Shown: positions 8,780-18,093 of the stretch, piece after piece
How positions within the stretch are numbered: position 1 is the first letter of the stretch
How the letters are laid out: each line of letters opens with the position of its first letter
Assembly: GCA_964526305.1 (NCBI GenBank)
Contig: CAZGKV010000005.1
Coordinates: 41,546 to 105,545, forward strand
DNA length: 64,000 bases
Source: an uncultured Planctomycetales bacterium
GTDB lineage: Bacteria > Planctomycetota > MHYJ01 > JACPRB01
Direction of reading: 5' to 3'
Notes under the pieces: model-generated
Databases searched by the model: none
What the model saw: only the letters and a program-made list of their open reading frames with translations
What the model was told of the DNA's origin: nothing
Program-made: the position numbers and the translations under genes

Positions 8780-9697
8780 TCACCGGGACAAGGAAAACGG
8801 GATGTACTTGGGGGGGCCGAACACGGTGCGGGCGACGGCATCGACTTGGTCCTTCAAGGCCCAGGCGTCGGTGGCCGAGCTCGGATCGGCGTTTCGTCGG
8901 AGAAGCTCCGCGAGCTCGGAGGGCACGACGGCCGGATCATCTCCGAGGGCGTAGAGGACGGCCCGAGCGCTCATCGCCACGTCGGCCGCTCCCTGCGCGG
9001 GTGCGGTCGCGCGAGACCAACCGACGAGGGCGACGCCGTGGTCGCGTGCGTGGACGAGAAGGTGCGGCGGGACGATCGCGCCGTGGGACCAACCCGCGCG
9101 GTGGAGCCACCCGAGGACCTCGAGCATCCGTTTCCAAAGCCAGATCGAGTGTTCCGGGGGGACTCCGCCGGGGTAGGCGGCCCGCACGTCCTCGAGGGTG
9201 TGGACGAAGCCGCTTCTCCAACGCAGCACCAAGACGGGGCGCTCCCCCTCCTGTCCGTTCATGCCGAGCCTCGCCGGGCCGCACGCCACCGGCTGAGGGA
9301 GGAGTCTCGAGAAGTGCGGAGTTCCCGGAGCCGAACTCTCCGGGATTTGTTCCAGCACCGCGAACTCGCGGGCCAGGACGCCCGGGTCCGCCGGCGCGCG
9401 AAGGACCTTGATCACGACCAACTCGGTCAGCCGCGAGTCGCGCCGGGCGAAGAAGACGTCCGAGCTCTCGCCGCGCGCGATTCGTCCGAGCACGCAGTAG
9501 CGGGCGGAGCCGACCCAAAGGCGCGGTCGAGCGGGATCGAGGAGAGCCTCCTCTTCCGGCGACGGCGCGGTGGCACGCCAAGTTCCCGAATGGACCGCGA
9601 GCGGCGACGCGCAGAACGAACAGCGGACGGTCCCGGACGGCGGAGGCGGCGGCAGAGGCGCGCCGCAGTTCGGGCAGCGGTGTTGCTGGTAGCTCAT
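8780..9697 (-). CDS. Zinc-ribbon plus degenerate Ser/Thr kinase-like (pseudokinase) protein
   Basis: CPNC...CSFC N-terminus. IARGESSDVF, VVIKVL, HGAIVPPHLLV (catalytic Asp absent), LVGWS in place of DFG. ATGA overlap with the upstream gene. Confidence 0.75.
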   Translation of the reverse strand: MSYQQHRCPNCGAPLPPPPPSGTVRCSFCASPLAVHSGTWRATAPSPEEEALLDPARPRLWVGSARYCVLGRIARGESSDVFFARRDSRLTELVVIKVLRAPADPGVLAREFAVLEQIPESSAPGTPHFSRLLPQPVACGPARLGMNGQEGERPVLVLRWRSGFVHTLEDVRAAYPGGVPPEHSIWLWKRMLEVLGWLHRAGWSHGAIVPPHLLVHARDHGVALVGWSRATAPAQGAADVAMSARAVLYALGDDPAVVPSELAELLRRNADPSSATDAWALKDQVDAVARTVFGPPKYIPFSLSR

Positions 9698-11223
9698 TGG
9701 GGACTGCGATATCCGCGACTCTCCAGCGTCGGAGGGACGAGGTGGTATGCCGGAATCCCGCCGCCGCCCAGGGCCTCGCGGCAGAGCCGCTCCCGATGGA
9801 TCGCACGAGAAAACGCTTGGCGCACCCGTTTGTCGTCGAACGGCTTCCCTCGAACGTTCAGCATCAGGAATGCGGTTCCAAACGTGACGGTCGAATGGAA
9901 GTCGGATCGGCCGCGAAGGCGCGCGAGCGATTCCGGCGAGACGGTCTCGAGATAGTCGCAGTCTCCCCGCTCGTACAGCTCGAGTGCCCGGTCGGGATCG
10001 TCGATCGGAAGCCAGCGCACCAGCTCCTGCTTCACGGACGCCGCGTTCCAGTAGCGGTCGTTCTTCGCGAGCAGGATGTGCTTGCTTGGGACATGCTCGA
10101 CAAGCCGGAACGGTCCGTTCGCGACGACCGTATCGCTCCAGACCGCGTCCGACCGGGCCGGGTGGAGCGGATACCGCGAGGCGAGTTCGAGGAAATAGGG
10201 AACGGGCGCTCGGAGGCGGACGACGAGCGTGCGGTCGTCTTGCACAGCGACTCCTACCGAAGAAGCGTCCCCCGTGCCCTTGTGGAATTCCTCGGCTCCG
10301 GCCAGCACGAAAAGCGCGGAGGCGCTCGGGGACTCCGTCGACGGATCGAGGATCCTCTTCCAGGCGTATTCGAAGTCTCTCGCGCGGACGGGCTCGCCGT
10401 CGCTCCACGCGGCCTCGCGGAGATGGAAGACGTACCGCAAGCCGTCTCCCGAGATCTCCCAGCGTTCGGCGATTCCCGGAACGGGCGCCAGGGTTCTGGG
10501 ATCCGGACGCACCAGGCCCTCGAAAAGGCAGACGACGATGCGCTCCTCGGAGACCTCCCGGACCTGCGCGGAATCGAAGACGTCGACCTCCCCACCGTTG
10601 TTGAGCACGAGCACTCCGGATCCGGATCCCTTGGCGACCTCGTTGAGCGGATGGAGGTCGTACCAGTTTTGGTAGATCCCCGTCACCTCGCGATCGCGGT
10701 AGAGGTTTTGACTCGCGAAGAAGTAAAGCGGGATCACGGGCAGCTCGTCGAGGAGGATCTCCTCCGCTCGCTGGAGCAGCCTCGTTCGCGCGGCGGCGTC
10801 CTGTTCGCGGGCGGCGCGGTCGAGGCAATCCTCGTACTCGGCGTTGGACCATCCGGTGGTATTGAACGGATTTCCCTTTCGCATCAAGTCGAGGAAGGCG
10901 ACGGGGTCCGGAACTTCGCCGACCCACGCTCGACGGAGGATCTCGTACTCGCCGCGATCCGCGGCGGCGAGCAGACCTTTCCAGTCCTGGATCGAGTGAT
11001 GGATCTCCACCCCGAGCCGCTCGTTCCATCGCTCGATGAGGCTCGTGCTCAGGCGGGTGGTCGTTCCGGTCGGATGGATCGTGAGGAGGACCTGCGGGAA
11101 ACCCTTTCCCTCGGGATAGCCGGCCTCGGATAGGAGGCGGCGGTCTTCGTCCGGAGCCTGAGACCTCGGCGACGACGAACAAGCAAGCATCGACAGGATC
11201 AGACCGGCCCGCAGTGTGCGCAT
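9694..11223 (-). CDS. Circularly permuted peptide ABC transporter substrate-binding lipoprotein (OppA/family 5)
   Basis: Lipobox MLAC. The normally C-terminal segment LLSEAGYPEGKGFP...PVIPLY...HPL comes first, then GSGSG, then the normally N-terminal segment VLNNGGE..LFEGLV..WSDG..GPF..PFDDKRVRQA..LVPP. Confidence 0.85.
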   Translation of the reverse strand: MRTLRAGLILSMLACSSSPRSQAPDEDRRLLSEAGYPEGKGFPQVLLTIHPTGTTTRLSTSLIERWNERLGVEIHHSIQDWKGLLAAADRGEYEILRRAWVGEVPDPVAFLDLMRKGNPFNTTGWSNAEYEDCLDRAAREQDAAARTRLLQRAEEILLDELPVIPLYFFASQNLYRDREVTGIYQNWYDLHPLNEVAKGSGSGVLVLNNGGEVDVFDSAQVREVSEERIVVCLFEGLVRPDPRTLAPVPGIAERWEISGDGLRYVFHLREAAWSDGEPVRARDFEYAWKRILDPSTESPSASALFVLAGAEEFHKGTGDASSVGVAVQDDRTLVVRLRAPVPYFLELASRYPLHPARSDAVWSDTVVANGPFRLVEHVPSKHILLAKNDRYWNAASVKQELVRWLPIDDPDRALELYERGDCDYLETVSPESLARLRGRSDFHSTVTFGTAFLMLNVRGKPFDDKRVRQAFSRAIHRERLCREALGGGGIPAYHLVPPTLESRGYRSPQ

Positions 11224-11224
11224 G

Positions 11225-12187
11225 CTATCGCCCCATCTCCCTTTCCCACGCGCCGACGGATCCTTCGGCGTCGTCCACGAGCGCCTTGAACGCATCGCGG
11301 TCGCGCGCGGCGTCCTTCAGCTCCTTCTCCAGCTTCTCGTTCGTCTTGTTCAGGTTCTTGATCTTCTCGTCCAGCACCCTGATTCCGGACTGCGCGGCTT
11401 TCCACTTCTTCTCCGCAGCCTCCATATCCTTCTTGAGTTTCTCTTTTTCCTTCTTGTCCTTCGCGCGGTCGTACTTGAAAGCGGCCTGTTTGAACGCCTC
11501 CTGGAGTTTCTTCTCCGCTTCGACGGCCGAGTTGTACTTCCGGAGGATGTCGTCCGAGTACTTCGGAAAGTCCTTGAGGGCCTTGTTGCATTTCTCCCAG
11601 CGGACGAGCGCGCTTTCATGTTTGGGCTTGCGAGTCTCGAGCTCTTTCTTCCAATGGGCCAGACGCTCCTTGCGATACTCGTCGATCGCGTCCAGGGCCT
11701 TGCCGATTTCGTCGAACTTGCCGATCCAGAGCTTGGCGATCGCGATCGCGCGATTGAAGAGGACCCCGCCGGTTTCGCGGTTCTTGTCGCCGGGCATCAC
11801 GCTCCGCGCGAAATAGTTCCGGATGCACTCCACGTCGTCGCTCGAGAACTTCTTGCGCACGGCGGAGGCCAGCTCGCCGGGCTCTTTGACCCGTTTCCGG
11901 TACTCGCCGAACTCGGTGCCTTGCTTTTCGTGGAAGTCGGTGGCCTCTTTGGCCAAGTTTCCAAGGCTCTGAATGAGGCTGGTCAGGGAGGAGCCGACCT
12001 GTTCCGCAAGCGTGCAGCAGGGGTCCGCGATCGACTTGTCGACCGTGTCGTCCTTCACCGGCTGCTCGCGCTTCGCGGCCACGGCCACGGCGGCCTTCCG
12101 CGCCTCGGAGAGGTGTTTCTTCGCTTCGGCGACGGAATCGGAGAAAAGGAGGGTACCGGCCAGGCCCAGCCACGCGTTCGCCATCAT
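11225..12187 (-). CDS. Exported Lys/Glu-rich coiled-coil protein
   Basis: Signal peptide MMANAWLGLAGTLLFS and heptad-like charged C-terminal half. ATGA overlap with the upstream gene. Confidence 0.75.
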   Translation of the reverse strand: MMANAWLGLAGTLLFSDSVAEAKKHLSEARKAAVAVAAKREQPVKDDTVDKSIADPCCTLAEQVGSSLTSLIQSLGNLAKEATDFHEKQGTEFGEYRKRVKEPGELASAVRKKFSSDDVECIRNYFARSVMPGDKNRETGGVLFNRAIAIAKLWIGKFDEIGKALDAIDEYRKERLAHWKKELETRKPKHESALVRWEKCNKALKDFPKYSDDILRKYNSAVEAEKKLQEAFKQAAFKYDRAKDKKEKEKLKKDMEAAEKKWKAAQSGIRVLDEKIKNLNKTNEKLEKELKDAARDRDAFKALVDDAEGSVGAWEREMGR

Positions 12188-14049
12188 TTGTGGACGTTCT
12201 CCTTCAGGATCTCGAAGCCTCCGCCGACGCCCCAACGCTGGAGTTCGCCCCATCCACCGGAGGTCTTCATTCGCCGGAAAGTAAGAACATAGACCCAGCA
12301 GCAGTCCCCGCGATCCACGGCCGCGTTGACTTGGATGAACTTGAAGTGCTCCCATACGTTGTTGTTCCCGTATCGAGCCCACAGGGCGCGCTCCGTCCAG
12401 TCGCTGTAGATTCCGACGCGCAGGATCGTGCGCTTGAGCTCTTTCCATTCGGTATTGAGAAGAGCCACGATCTCCGTTTCGATCTTGTCCCACTCGCCGC
12501 CGGTCATCGTCGGCTTGGCGAACCGCGCGTTGAGAATGCGCAGTTTCCTCGCGTCCTCTTCCTGTTTTAGAATCTTCGCCGCCCGCACGCGGACGGCGTC
12601 CAGTTCGGTCTGGGCTTCTCCGGCCCGCTTGGCCGCGCCCGTCATGCGATCGGTGAGCTCCCACTTGATCTGGCCTTCTTCCGTCTGGAGCGGGCACAGT
12701 ACCTGAATCAGGAAAATCATGTTCTGGGCGGAGACCGCGTCCGTGACGGCCTGCTCCGCATTGCTTTTCGCGTGCTCGCCCTTCTCCGCCCTCTCGACGG
12801 CCTCCCTTGCCACCTTCAGATTCAACTCCAGGCCGTGTTTCGCCTCTTCTGCCGCTGCAGTTTCGAGGATCGAGTAGACGGTCTTTCGCTCGCTTCCGAT
12901 TCTCGAAATCTTGAGAATGGCGTCACCCACGTCGAGCCCGAACTTCTTGCCGGTCTCTGCCGGATTCGGGTATTCCTTTTGAAACAGCTCGATCACTCCG
13001 GCCGCCCGATTCAGTTGCTCGAACACGTCGGGCAAGGTCGATCGAACCTTATCGAGATCGGGTTTTTCGCGCGCCTTGAGGGCCGCAGCAATGGCGTTCT
13101 CGAGGGCCCCCCTGGCCTTTTGGATGGGTTCGATTGCGGCCGCCAGTCCCTCGACAAGCTTCTGGAACTTGTCCTTTTCCGCTGACACGCCGCCTTCCAG
13201 GCCGGGGATGACCGAGTCATAGTACTTCGCTACGTCATCGAACTTCTCCATCGCCCACTTGAATCTCGGGTGTCCGGCGATCTCCGGCCGGTTCGAATAG
13301 TCCTTCAGGAACTGCTCGCGTTTCTTCTTGAGTTCGACGTACGCGTTCTTCACCCACCGGACCTTGCTGTCGACTTCCTCCCTCGCTTTGCCGGCTTCCT
13401 CTATCTTCTTGCGCAGAAACTCGATCTCGCCGCAGAAGTTTCCGAGCAGGCTCTTCTCGTTGCTGGGAATGCGTTTGATCGGCTCTCCCTCATGGACCCG
13501 GATTCCGGCTTCTTTCGCCTTGGCCTTCGCCGCGCTCAGGAGCTTCAATACGGAGACCACTTCGGAGTGATCGCTCGAAAATTCCTTTCCGTCTTTGTCC
13601 TTCGCTTCACCCCAGGTCTCGTCGGCGGACACAAGAGCCTCTTGCGTCGCGTCCAGGTCCTTCTTCTCCAGGGCTTTCAGCGCCTCGTCCACCAAGCGCC
13701 TGATCGCACTGAGGCCGGTCTTTACCCGGGCCGGAAGCTCCGGTCCCAGATTCACCCCGGCCTTTTGAGCCTTGTCGCGGAGATCGTCGAGCCGGTTCTT
13801 GGTCTTTACCACGGCCTCGAGGGCTTTCTGCTCGGCAGAAAGCCCCTTGTCCAGTTCCTCCCAGTATTTTAGGGCTTCGAGGAAATACTTGCGGACGAGA
13901 TCGGGCTTCTTCTTGGCCAACTGCGTCTCGGTCGAATCGAGGCTGCGCTTGATCTTTCCCAGGAGGTCTCTGGACTTCTGGTCCAGATCCTGCGCGTGGG
14001 TCGGTGCAGCGACGAGAGCGGCGGCCACCAGAAGCGAGGCGCAAGTCAT
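12184..14049 (-). CDS. Exported alpha-helical protein with C-terminal globular domain, function unknown
   Basis: Signal peptide ending APTHA, long amphipathic helical body, 621 aa with genome-typical codon use. Confidence 0.8.
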   Translation of the reverse strand: MTCASLLVAAALVAAPTHAQDLDQKSRDLLGKIKRSLDSTETQLAKKKPDLVRKYFLEALKYWEELDKGLSAEQKALEAVVKTKNRLDDLRDKAQKAGVNLGPELPARVKTGLSAIRRLVDEALKALEKKDLDATQEALVSADETWGEAKDKDGKEFSSDHSEVVSVLKLLSAAKAKAKEAGIRVHEGEPIKRIPSNEKSLLGNFCGEIEFLRKKIEEAGKAREEVDSKVRWVKNAYVELKKKREQFLKDYSNRPEIAGHPRFKWAMEKFDDVAKYYDSVIPGLEGGVSAEKDKFQKLVEGLAAAIEPIQKARGALENAIAAALKAREKPDLDKVRSTLPDVFEQLNRAAGVIELFQKEYPNPAETGKKFGLDVGDAILKISRIGSERKTVYSILETAAAEEAKHGLELNLKVAREAVERAEKGEHAKSNAEQAVTDAVSAQNMIFLIQVLCPLQTEEGQIKWELTDRMTGAAKRAGEAQTELDAVRVRAAKILKQEEDARKLRILNARFAKPTMTGGEWDKIETEIVALLNTEWKELKRTILRVGIYSDWTERALWARYGNNNVWEHFKFIQVNAAVDRGDCCWVYVLTFRRMKTSGGWGELQRWGVGGGFEILKENVHK

Positions 14050-14059
14050 TTCGATTCTC

Positions 14060-14941
14060 CTATGGGGTGATCGATTCCACGACCCATCTTCCGTCTTCGA
14101 GCGTCACCAGTACGGACGTGTCCTTGCCGACGCTCTTCCCTTCGTCGCTGACGCGCCGGAACATGATCTTCTTGCTCCAATGCGTGTCGGCCTTGTGGGG
14201 CGCCGACGTCTTGGTCTCCTCCCCCTTAAGGCTCCCCTCATGGATGTGCAGGAATTCGTATTTCTTCAAGGAGAGTTTCTCCGCCATCTTTCCGATGTTG
14301 TTCCAGGCGGTCTTGCAATCCATGTGCTTCTTCGCTTGCTGGCGGTCCACCCGGCTCCAGCAGGAGACGAATCCGTCCCAGTCGTTTTTGAAAACGGAGT
14401 CGTAACACTTCTCCGCGACCGTGAGCCAGGCCGTCAGGGATTTCGGGGAGACCAGATGAAAGGCTCCCTTTCCCGCTTTGAGCAGGGGCGGAAGAGTCGA
14501 AGTCTCCACGCCGTCCAGCGTGACGAGATCGTCCTTGGCATAGGCGGGATACCGGGGGTCGTAGCTGCGCAATTTCCATTCCCCTTCGCTCGCGCCGGAA
14601 GTCGTAAGCCAGGCCGCCTCCTGCTTGTCCAAAGTCAAAGGTCCGGAGACGGCACGGCGGACGTTCGCGGCCAGAAATTTGATCCGAAGTTCGAACGAGG
14701 GTTTTCCGACCTTGACCACGAGCTGCTTGTCGGGGGTGGCCTGCGCGATCTCCGCCTTTCCGTCCTTCACTTCCACCGCGGTGTCGCCCCAGAACACGGC
14801 GAGCTCCTCGGCGCCGAAGGGTTTGAGGGCGGAAAGATCGACCGTCACGGTCTCCCCCGCCGGGTCGATGCGCAGATGGGGGTCCCGTTCCTCCTCTTGA
14901 CCTGAAAACGCGGCGGACAGGAGAGCCCAAGCCATCAGCAT
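14060..14941 (-). CDS. Exported hypothetical protein
   Basis: Signal peptide MLMAWALLSAAFSGQ. First gene of a tightly packed minus-strand run. Confidence 0.75.
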   Translation of the reverse strand: MLMAWALLSAAFSGQEEERDPHLRIDPAGETVTVDLSALKPFGAEELAVFWGDTAVEVKDGKAEIAQATPDKQLVVKVGKPSFELRIKFLAANVRRAVSGPLTLDKQEAAWLTTSGASEGEWKLRSYDPRYPAYAKDDLVTLDGVETSTLPPLLKAGKGAFHLVSPKSLTAWLTVAEKCYDSVFKNDWDGFVSCWSRVDRQQAKKHMDCKTAWNNIGKMAEKLSLKKYEFLHIHEGSLKGEETKTSAPHKADTHWSKKIMFRRVSDEGKSVGKDTSVLVTLEDGRWVVESITP

Positions 14942-15098
14942 CGTTTTTCTCCCTGGGGCTCGAGAAGGCGTAGGCCGGAGGCTGGGGAAACGAAGACAAA
15001 GCAGTTGAGCTGGACTTCCCTCCCGACCCGCATTTCCCGTTGAATACTATCCCAGGGAATGAGATCGGGCAATGGAATCCGGGAACTTGCCGGGGTGA

Positions 15099-15150
15099 CG
15101 AGAAGGCGAAGAGGGGAGCCACGGAGCGCTCACGATGGAATCTGCGCCTC
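15099..15150 (+). repeat. Repeat B, copy 1
   Basis: 15116-15150 matches 16740-16774 at 31/35. CGAGAAGGCG precedes both copies, with an 8-nt insertion in this one. Confidence 0.7.
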
Positions 15151-15170
15151 CCAAAGTGGAGAATCCTCCG

Positions 15171-15230
15171 ACGCGTAGTCCCGCAGCCTTCGCTTCCGGG
15201 GAGGGTGATTCGCCCGGCGGACTCGCTCCC
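15171..15230 (+). repeat. Repeat A, copy 1 (60-bp direct repeat)
   Basis: 55/60 identical to 16621-16680. Confidence 0.85.
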
Positions 15231-15486
15231 GTGCCCCCGGACGCGCCGACATCTTCCCCTGGTGTGCCAAGGTCCCGAGCCCGTTGCCGCCTCCTCGTGG
15301 TTCTCCGGCAGATGGGGGACCGTTCCCACTGTGGAGTGCGCCCAGGCCTAGTTCGGGGGCAACGTGTACGCCGAGCGAGCGCCTTTTCCTTCGTGCCCTT
15401 GCGCGCGTAGGCGCGGGGAACAAGGCCTCGGCCGGCGGCGCTGTTCTTGGCAATATAACTGCCTTTTATGGTATAAAAACGGCAAT

Positions 15487-16617
15487 ATGATTTCCCGAAC
15501 CCTTCCCCCCCCGAAGGGGAGCTTCTTCCTGTTCGGGCCGAGGGGGACGGGCAAGTCCACCTGGGTCGGAGCGACGCTTCCCAAAGCGCTTCGAGTCGAT
15601 CTCCTCGATCAATCCACGTACCTCGATCTCCTTGGACACGCAGATCGTCTCGAAGCCCTGGCCGACGCGCGCGGCGTACGGGAGATCGTCGTGGACGAGG
15701 TGCAGAAACTGCCGGCGCTCCTGGACGAGGTCCACCGGCTGATCGAAACCCGCGGGTTTCGATTCGCGCTGACGGGATCGAGCGCGCGCAAACTCCGGAG
15801 GTCGGGTACGAATCTCCTGGCCGGCCGGGCCCGCACCTTGACGATGCATCCGTTCACGGCGAGCGAACTGGGGGACCGATTCAATCTGGCCCGAGCGCTT
15901 CGATACGGGATGCTTCCGGCGGCGTGGACCCAGGAAGACCCCGCCGGGTTCCTGCGGAGCTACGTCGGCACCTACCTCCGTGAAGAAGTGCTGCAGGAGG
16001 CGCTCGTCCGGAATCTCGCGCGCTTCAGCCGGTTCCTCGAAGCGGCGAGTTTCTCCCAGGCGGCGGTCCTGAACGTCCAGGCCGTGGCGGCCGGCTGCGG
16101 GATCAGCCGGAAGACGGTGGAGACCCACTTCGAATTGACCGAGGATCTTCTTCTGGCCGTGCGGCTGCCGATCTTCCAGCGCCGCGCCAAGCGGAAAGTC
16201 ACGGTCCATCCGAAGTTCTACTTCTTCGACGTGGGCGTCTATCGGGCGCTGCGGCCGCGCGGTCCGCTGGATCCGATGGAGGAACTCGATGGGGCCGCGA
16301 TCGAGACGCTTCTCTTTCAGTGCCTGCGCGCCGAGAACGCGAATCGCGAACTCGGATACGACCTGTATTACTGGCGGACCACCGACGGAACCGAGGTCGA
16401 CTTCGTGCTCTACGGCGAGCGCGGTCTCCGGGCCTTCGAGGTGAAGCGCTCGTCCCGATTCCAGGAGAGCGATCTCGCGCCGCTCCGAGTTTTCCTGGAA
16501 GACTATCCGATGGCGAAGGGCACCCTCCTCTACGGCGGAACGCGCCGCTACAGGTTCGGAGCGATCGCGGTGATCCCGTTCGGCGAGGCGCTCCTGGAGT
16601 TGGGAGAACTTCTCTAA
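15487..16617 (+). CDS. AAA+ ATPase with C-terminal DUF4143/PD-(D/E)xK-like domain (COG1373 type)
   Basis: GPRGTGKS Walker A, IVVDEVQK Walker B, LTGSSAR, HPKFYFFDVG, EVDFV...FEVK. Confidence 0.85.
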   Translation: MISRTLPPPKGSFFLFGPRGTGKSTWVGATLPKALRVDLLDQSTYLDLLGHADRLEALADARGVREIVVDEVQKLPALLDEVHRLIETRGFRFALTGSSARKLRRSGTNLLAGRARTLTMHPFTASELGDRFNLARALRYGMLPAAWTQEDPAGFLRSYVGTYLREEVLQEALVRNLARFSRFLEAASFSQAAVLNVQAVAAGCGISRKTVETHFELTEDLLLAVRLPIFQRRAKRKVTVHPKFYFFDVGVYRALRPRGPLDPMEELDGAAIETLLFQCLRAENANRELGYDLYYWRTTDGTEVDFVLYGERGLRAFEVKRSSRFQESDLAPLRVFLEDYPMAKGTLLYGGTRRYRFGAIAVIPFGEALLELGELL

Positions 16618-16620
16618 TCG

Positions 16621-16680
16621 ACGCAGGGTCCCGCAGCCTTTGCTTCCGGGGAGGGTGATTCCCCCGGCGGACTCGCTCCC
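16621..16680 (+). repeat. Repeat A, copy 2
   Basis: 55/60 identical to 15171-15230. Starts 3 nt after the AAA gene stop. Confidence 0.85.
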
Positions 16681-16730
16681 TAGACGCGCCGTCTGTACCA
16701 CGGTCTCAAATCCGGTTCCGGCGCCGTTGT

Positions 16731-16774
16731 CGAGAAGGCGAGCCACGAAGCGCTCACGATCGAAGCTGCGCTTC
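16731..16774 (+). repeat. Repeat B, copy 2
   Basis: See 15099-15150. Confidence 0.7.
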
Positions 16775-16783
16775 AAGCCGTAC

Positions 16784-18022
16784 CTATTTCCTGACGTGCA
16801 TCCGCAGGAGCAGTCCCTCCGCGCGCGCCCGAAGTTCCGAGTCCCGAGAGGTGCGAAGGACTTCCTGAAGCGTCGGCTCCGCGAATCGGCCGTAGCCGAG
16901 GATCTTCCGTTCCGCGTCATTTCGAACGTCGAGCGACTCGGAACCCAAATCCCGAATGTGCCGCCGGACGCGCTCCGTGTGCTCGGGCTCGAGAATCTCC
17001 ACGCGGCCCACCAGGACCCGCCGGAGCTCGACCGGCGCCGGAGAAACCGAGAGCGGCAGAAGGTCGTTCGTCATCGCCGGAGGAAGGACGTACAGAACTC
17101 GGGTTCCCTCCTGCTCGAAGTAACTGTCCGTCCATGTCTTGATCATCGCCTTCGCTTCCTTGCGGAAAAGACCTTCCGCCACGAGACACCCCTCCAGCTC
17201 TTCGCCGATCCGCCGGATCAGCTGATCTCGCGTCAGCCAGTTCTCGGAGAGGTCGAGAGCGACCTCGCGAGACTGACCGGATCGCACCGATTCGAGGAAG
17301 GCATACTTCCCCTTCCCGTCCTTCTTGACGGAGATCACGAAAACATGGGGCAGATCGGCCGCCGTAGGATTGGTGAGGACGAACTTCCCGTTTCCTTGAG
17401 CCTGGATGCCGAGGGGCAACTCGAAGTTCCCGACGCCGCGATAAAAGAGGAACTTCTCGTGCTCCGACTTTTCGTAGTCGTCTCCCCCGGGACAGACGCG
17501 GACAAAGGCAGAGTCCGTTTCGCGGGCAGGGTAGTAGTGGCTTTCGCCCTTCTCGCGAGGAAGATCGGGCTTGAGCTCTCCCTGGGGAATAATCCGGATC
17601 CGGCCCCACCGGAGATAGCCGTCGGCGATCGGGAGAGGGCGAGAACCGTCGCTCAACGGAGGGGCGTATTCCCGTACCCGGGGATACCATTCGGTGATGA
17701 GACCTTTGGGGAATCGGACCGACACATCGACCGTCATCTCGCGGTCGGAGTAGAAGTAGAGAACCGGAGTCTCCATCCGGGCCGTCGACTTGATCTTTCC
17801 CTCGTAGAGGCGGAACGACCCTCGGGTGCGATCGTAGACGAAGGAAGGGAGGTCGCTCGTCTCCAGAGGACGCCACTCGAGCATCGTGCCGTCGGATCCG
17901 TACACCGCGGTGAACGTCCCCCATTCGTGCACGATGAGGCGGTTCCGCTTGGCCTCGTCTTGACCGGCGACCTCGGTGGAAAGGGGCAACATCATCGCAA
18001 GGGCCACGACGCGTTTCATCAT
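16784..18022 (-). CDS. Exported conserved hypothetical protein (VHEWGTFT motif family)
   Basis: Signal peptide, LIVHEWGTFT, METPVLYFY, EWYP, FLFYRGVGNF, helical C-terminus. Confidence 0.75.
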   Translation of the reverse strand: MMKRVVALAMMLPLSTEVAGQDEAKRNRLIVHEWGTFTAVYGSDGTMLEWRPLETSDLPSFVYDRTRGSFRLYEGKIKSTARMETPVLYFYSDREMTVDVSVRFPKGLITEWYPRVREYAPPLSDGSRPLPIADGYLRWGRIRIIPQGELKPDLPREKGESHYYPARETDSAFVRVCPGGDDYEKSEHEKFLFYRGVGNFELPLGIQAQGNGKFVLTNPTAADLPHVFVISVKKDGKGKYAFLESVRSGQSREVALDLSENWLTRDQLIRRIGEELEGCLVAEGLFRKEAKAMIKTWTDSYFEQEGTRVLYVLPPAMTNDLLPLSVSPAPVELRRVLVGRVEILEPEHTERVRRHIRDLGSESLDVRNDAERKILGYGRFAEPTLQEVLRTSRDSELRARAEGLLLRMHVRK

Positions 18023-18093
18023 CGACCTCCGTTCTCCGTACCCGAAGTTGAGTAGAGTGAGAAGCCGCGACTACTACCGCTATAATCAGCCGC

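Noticed and set aside
10615-10629. Synthetic origin of the GGATCCGGATCCGGA (GSGSG) linker
   Set aside because: TCCGGA/GGATCC hexamers are common throughout this window and there are no vector or tag sequences. Treated as natural, pending read check.
15099-16774. CRISPR array or integron attC sites
   Set aside because: Only two copies of each repeat, 1.4-1.6 kb apart. No regular spacers, cas genes, integrase or GTTRRRY/RYYYAAC core pairs.
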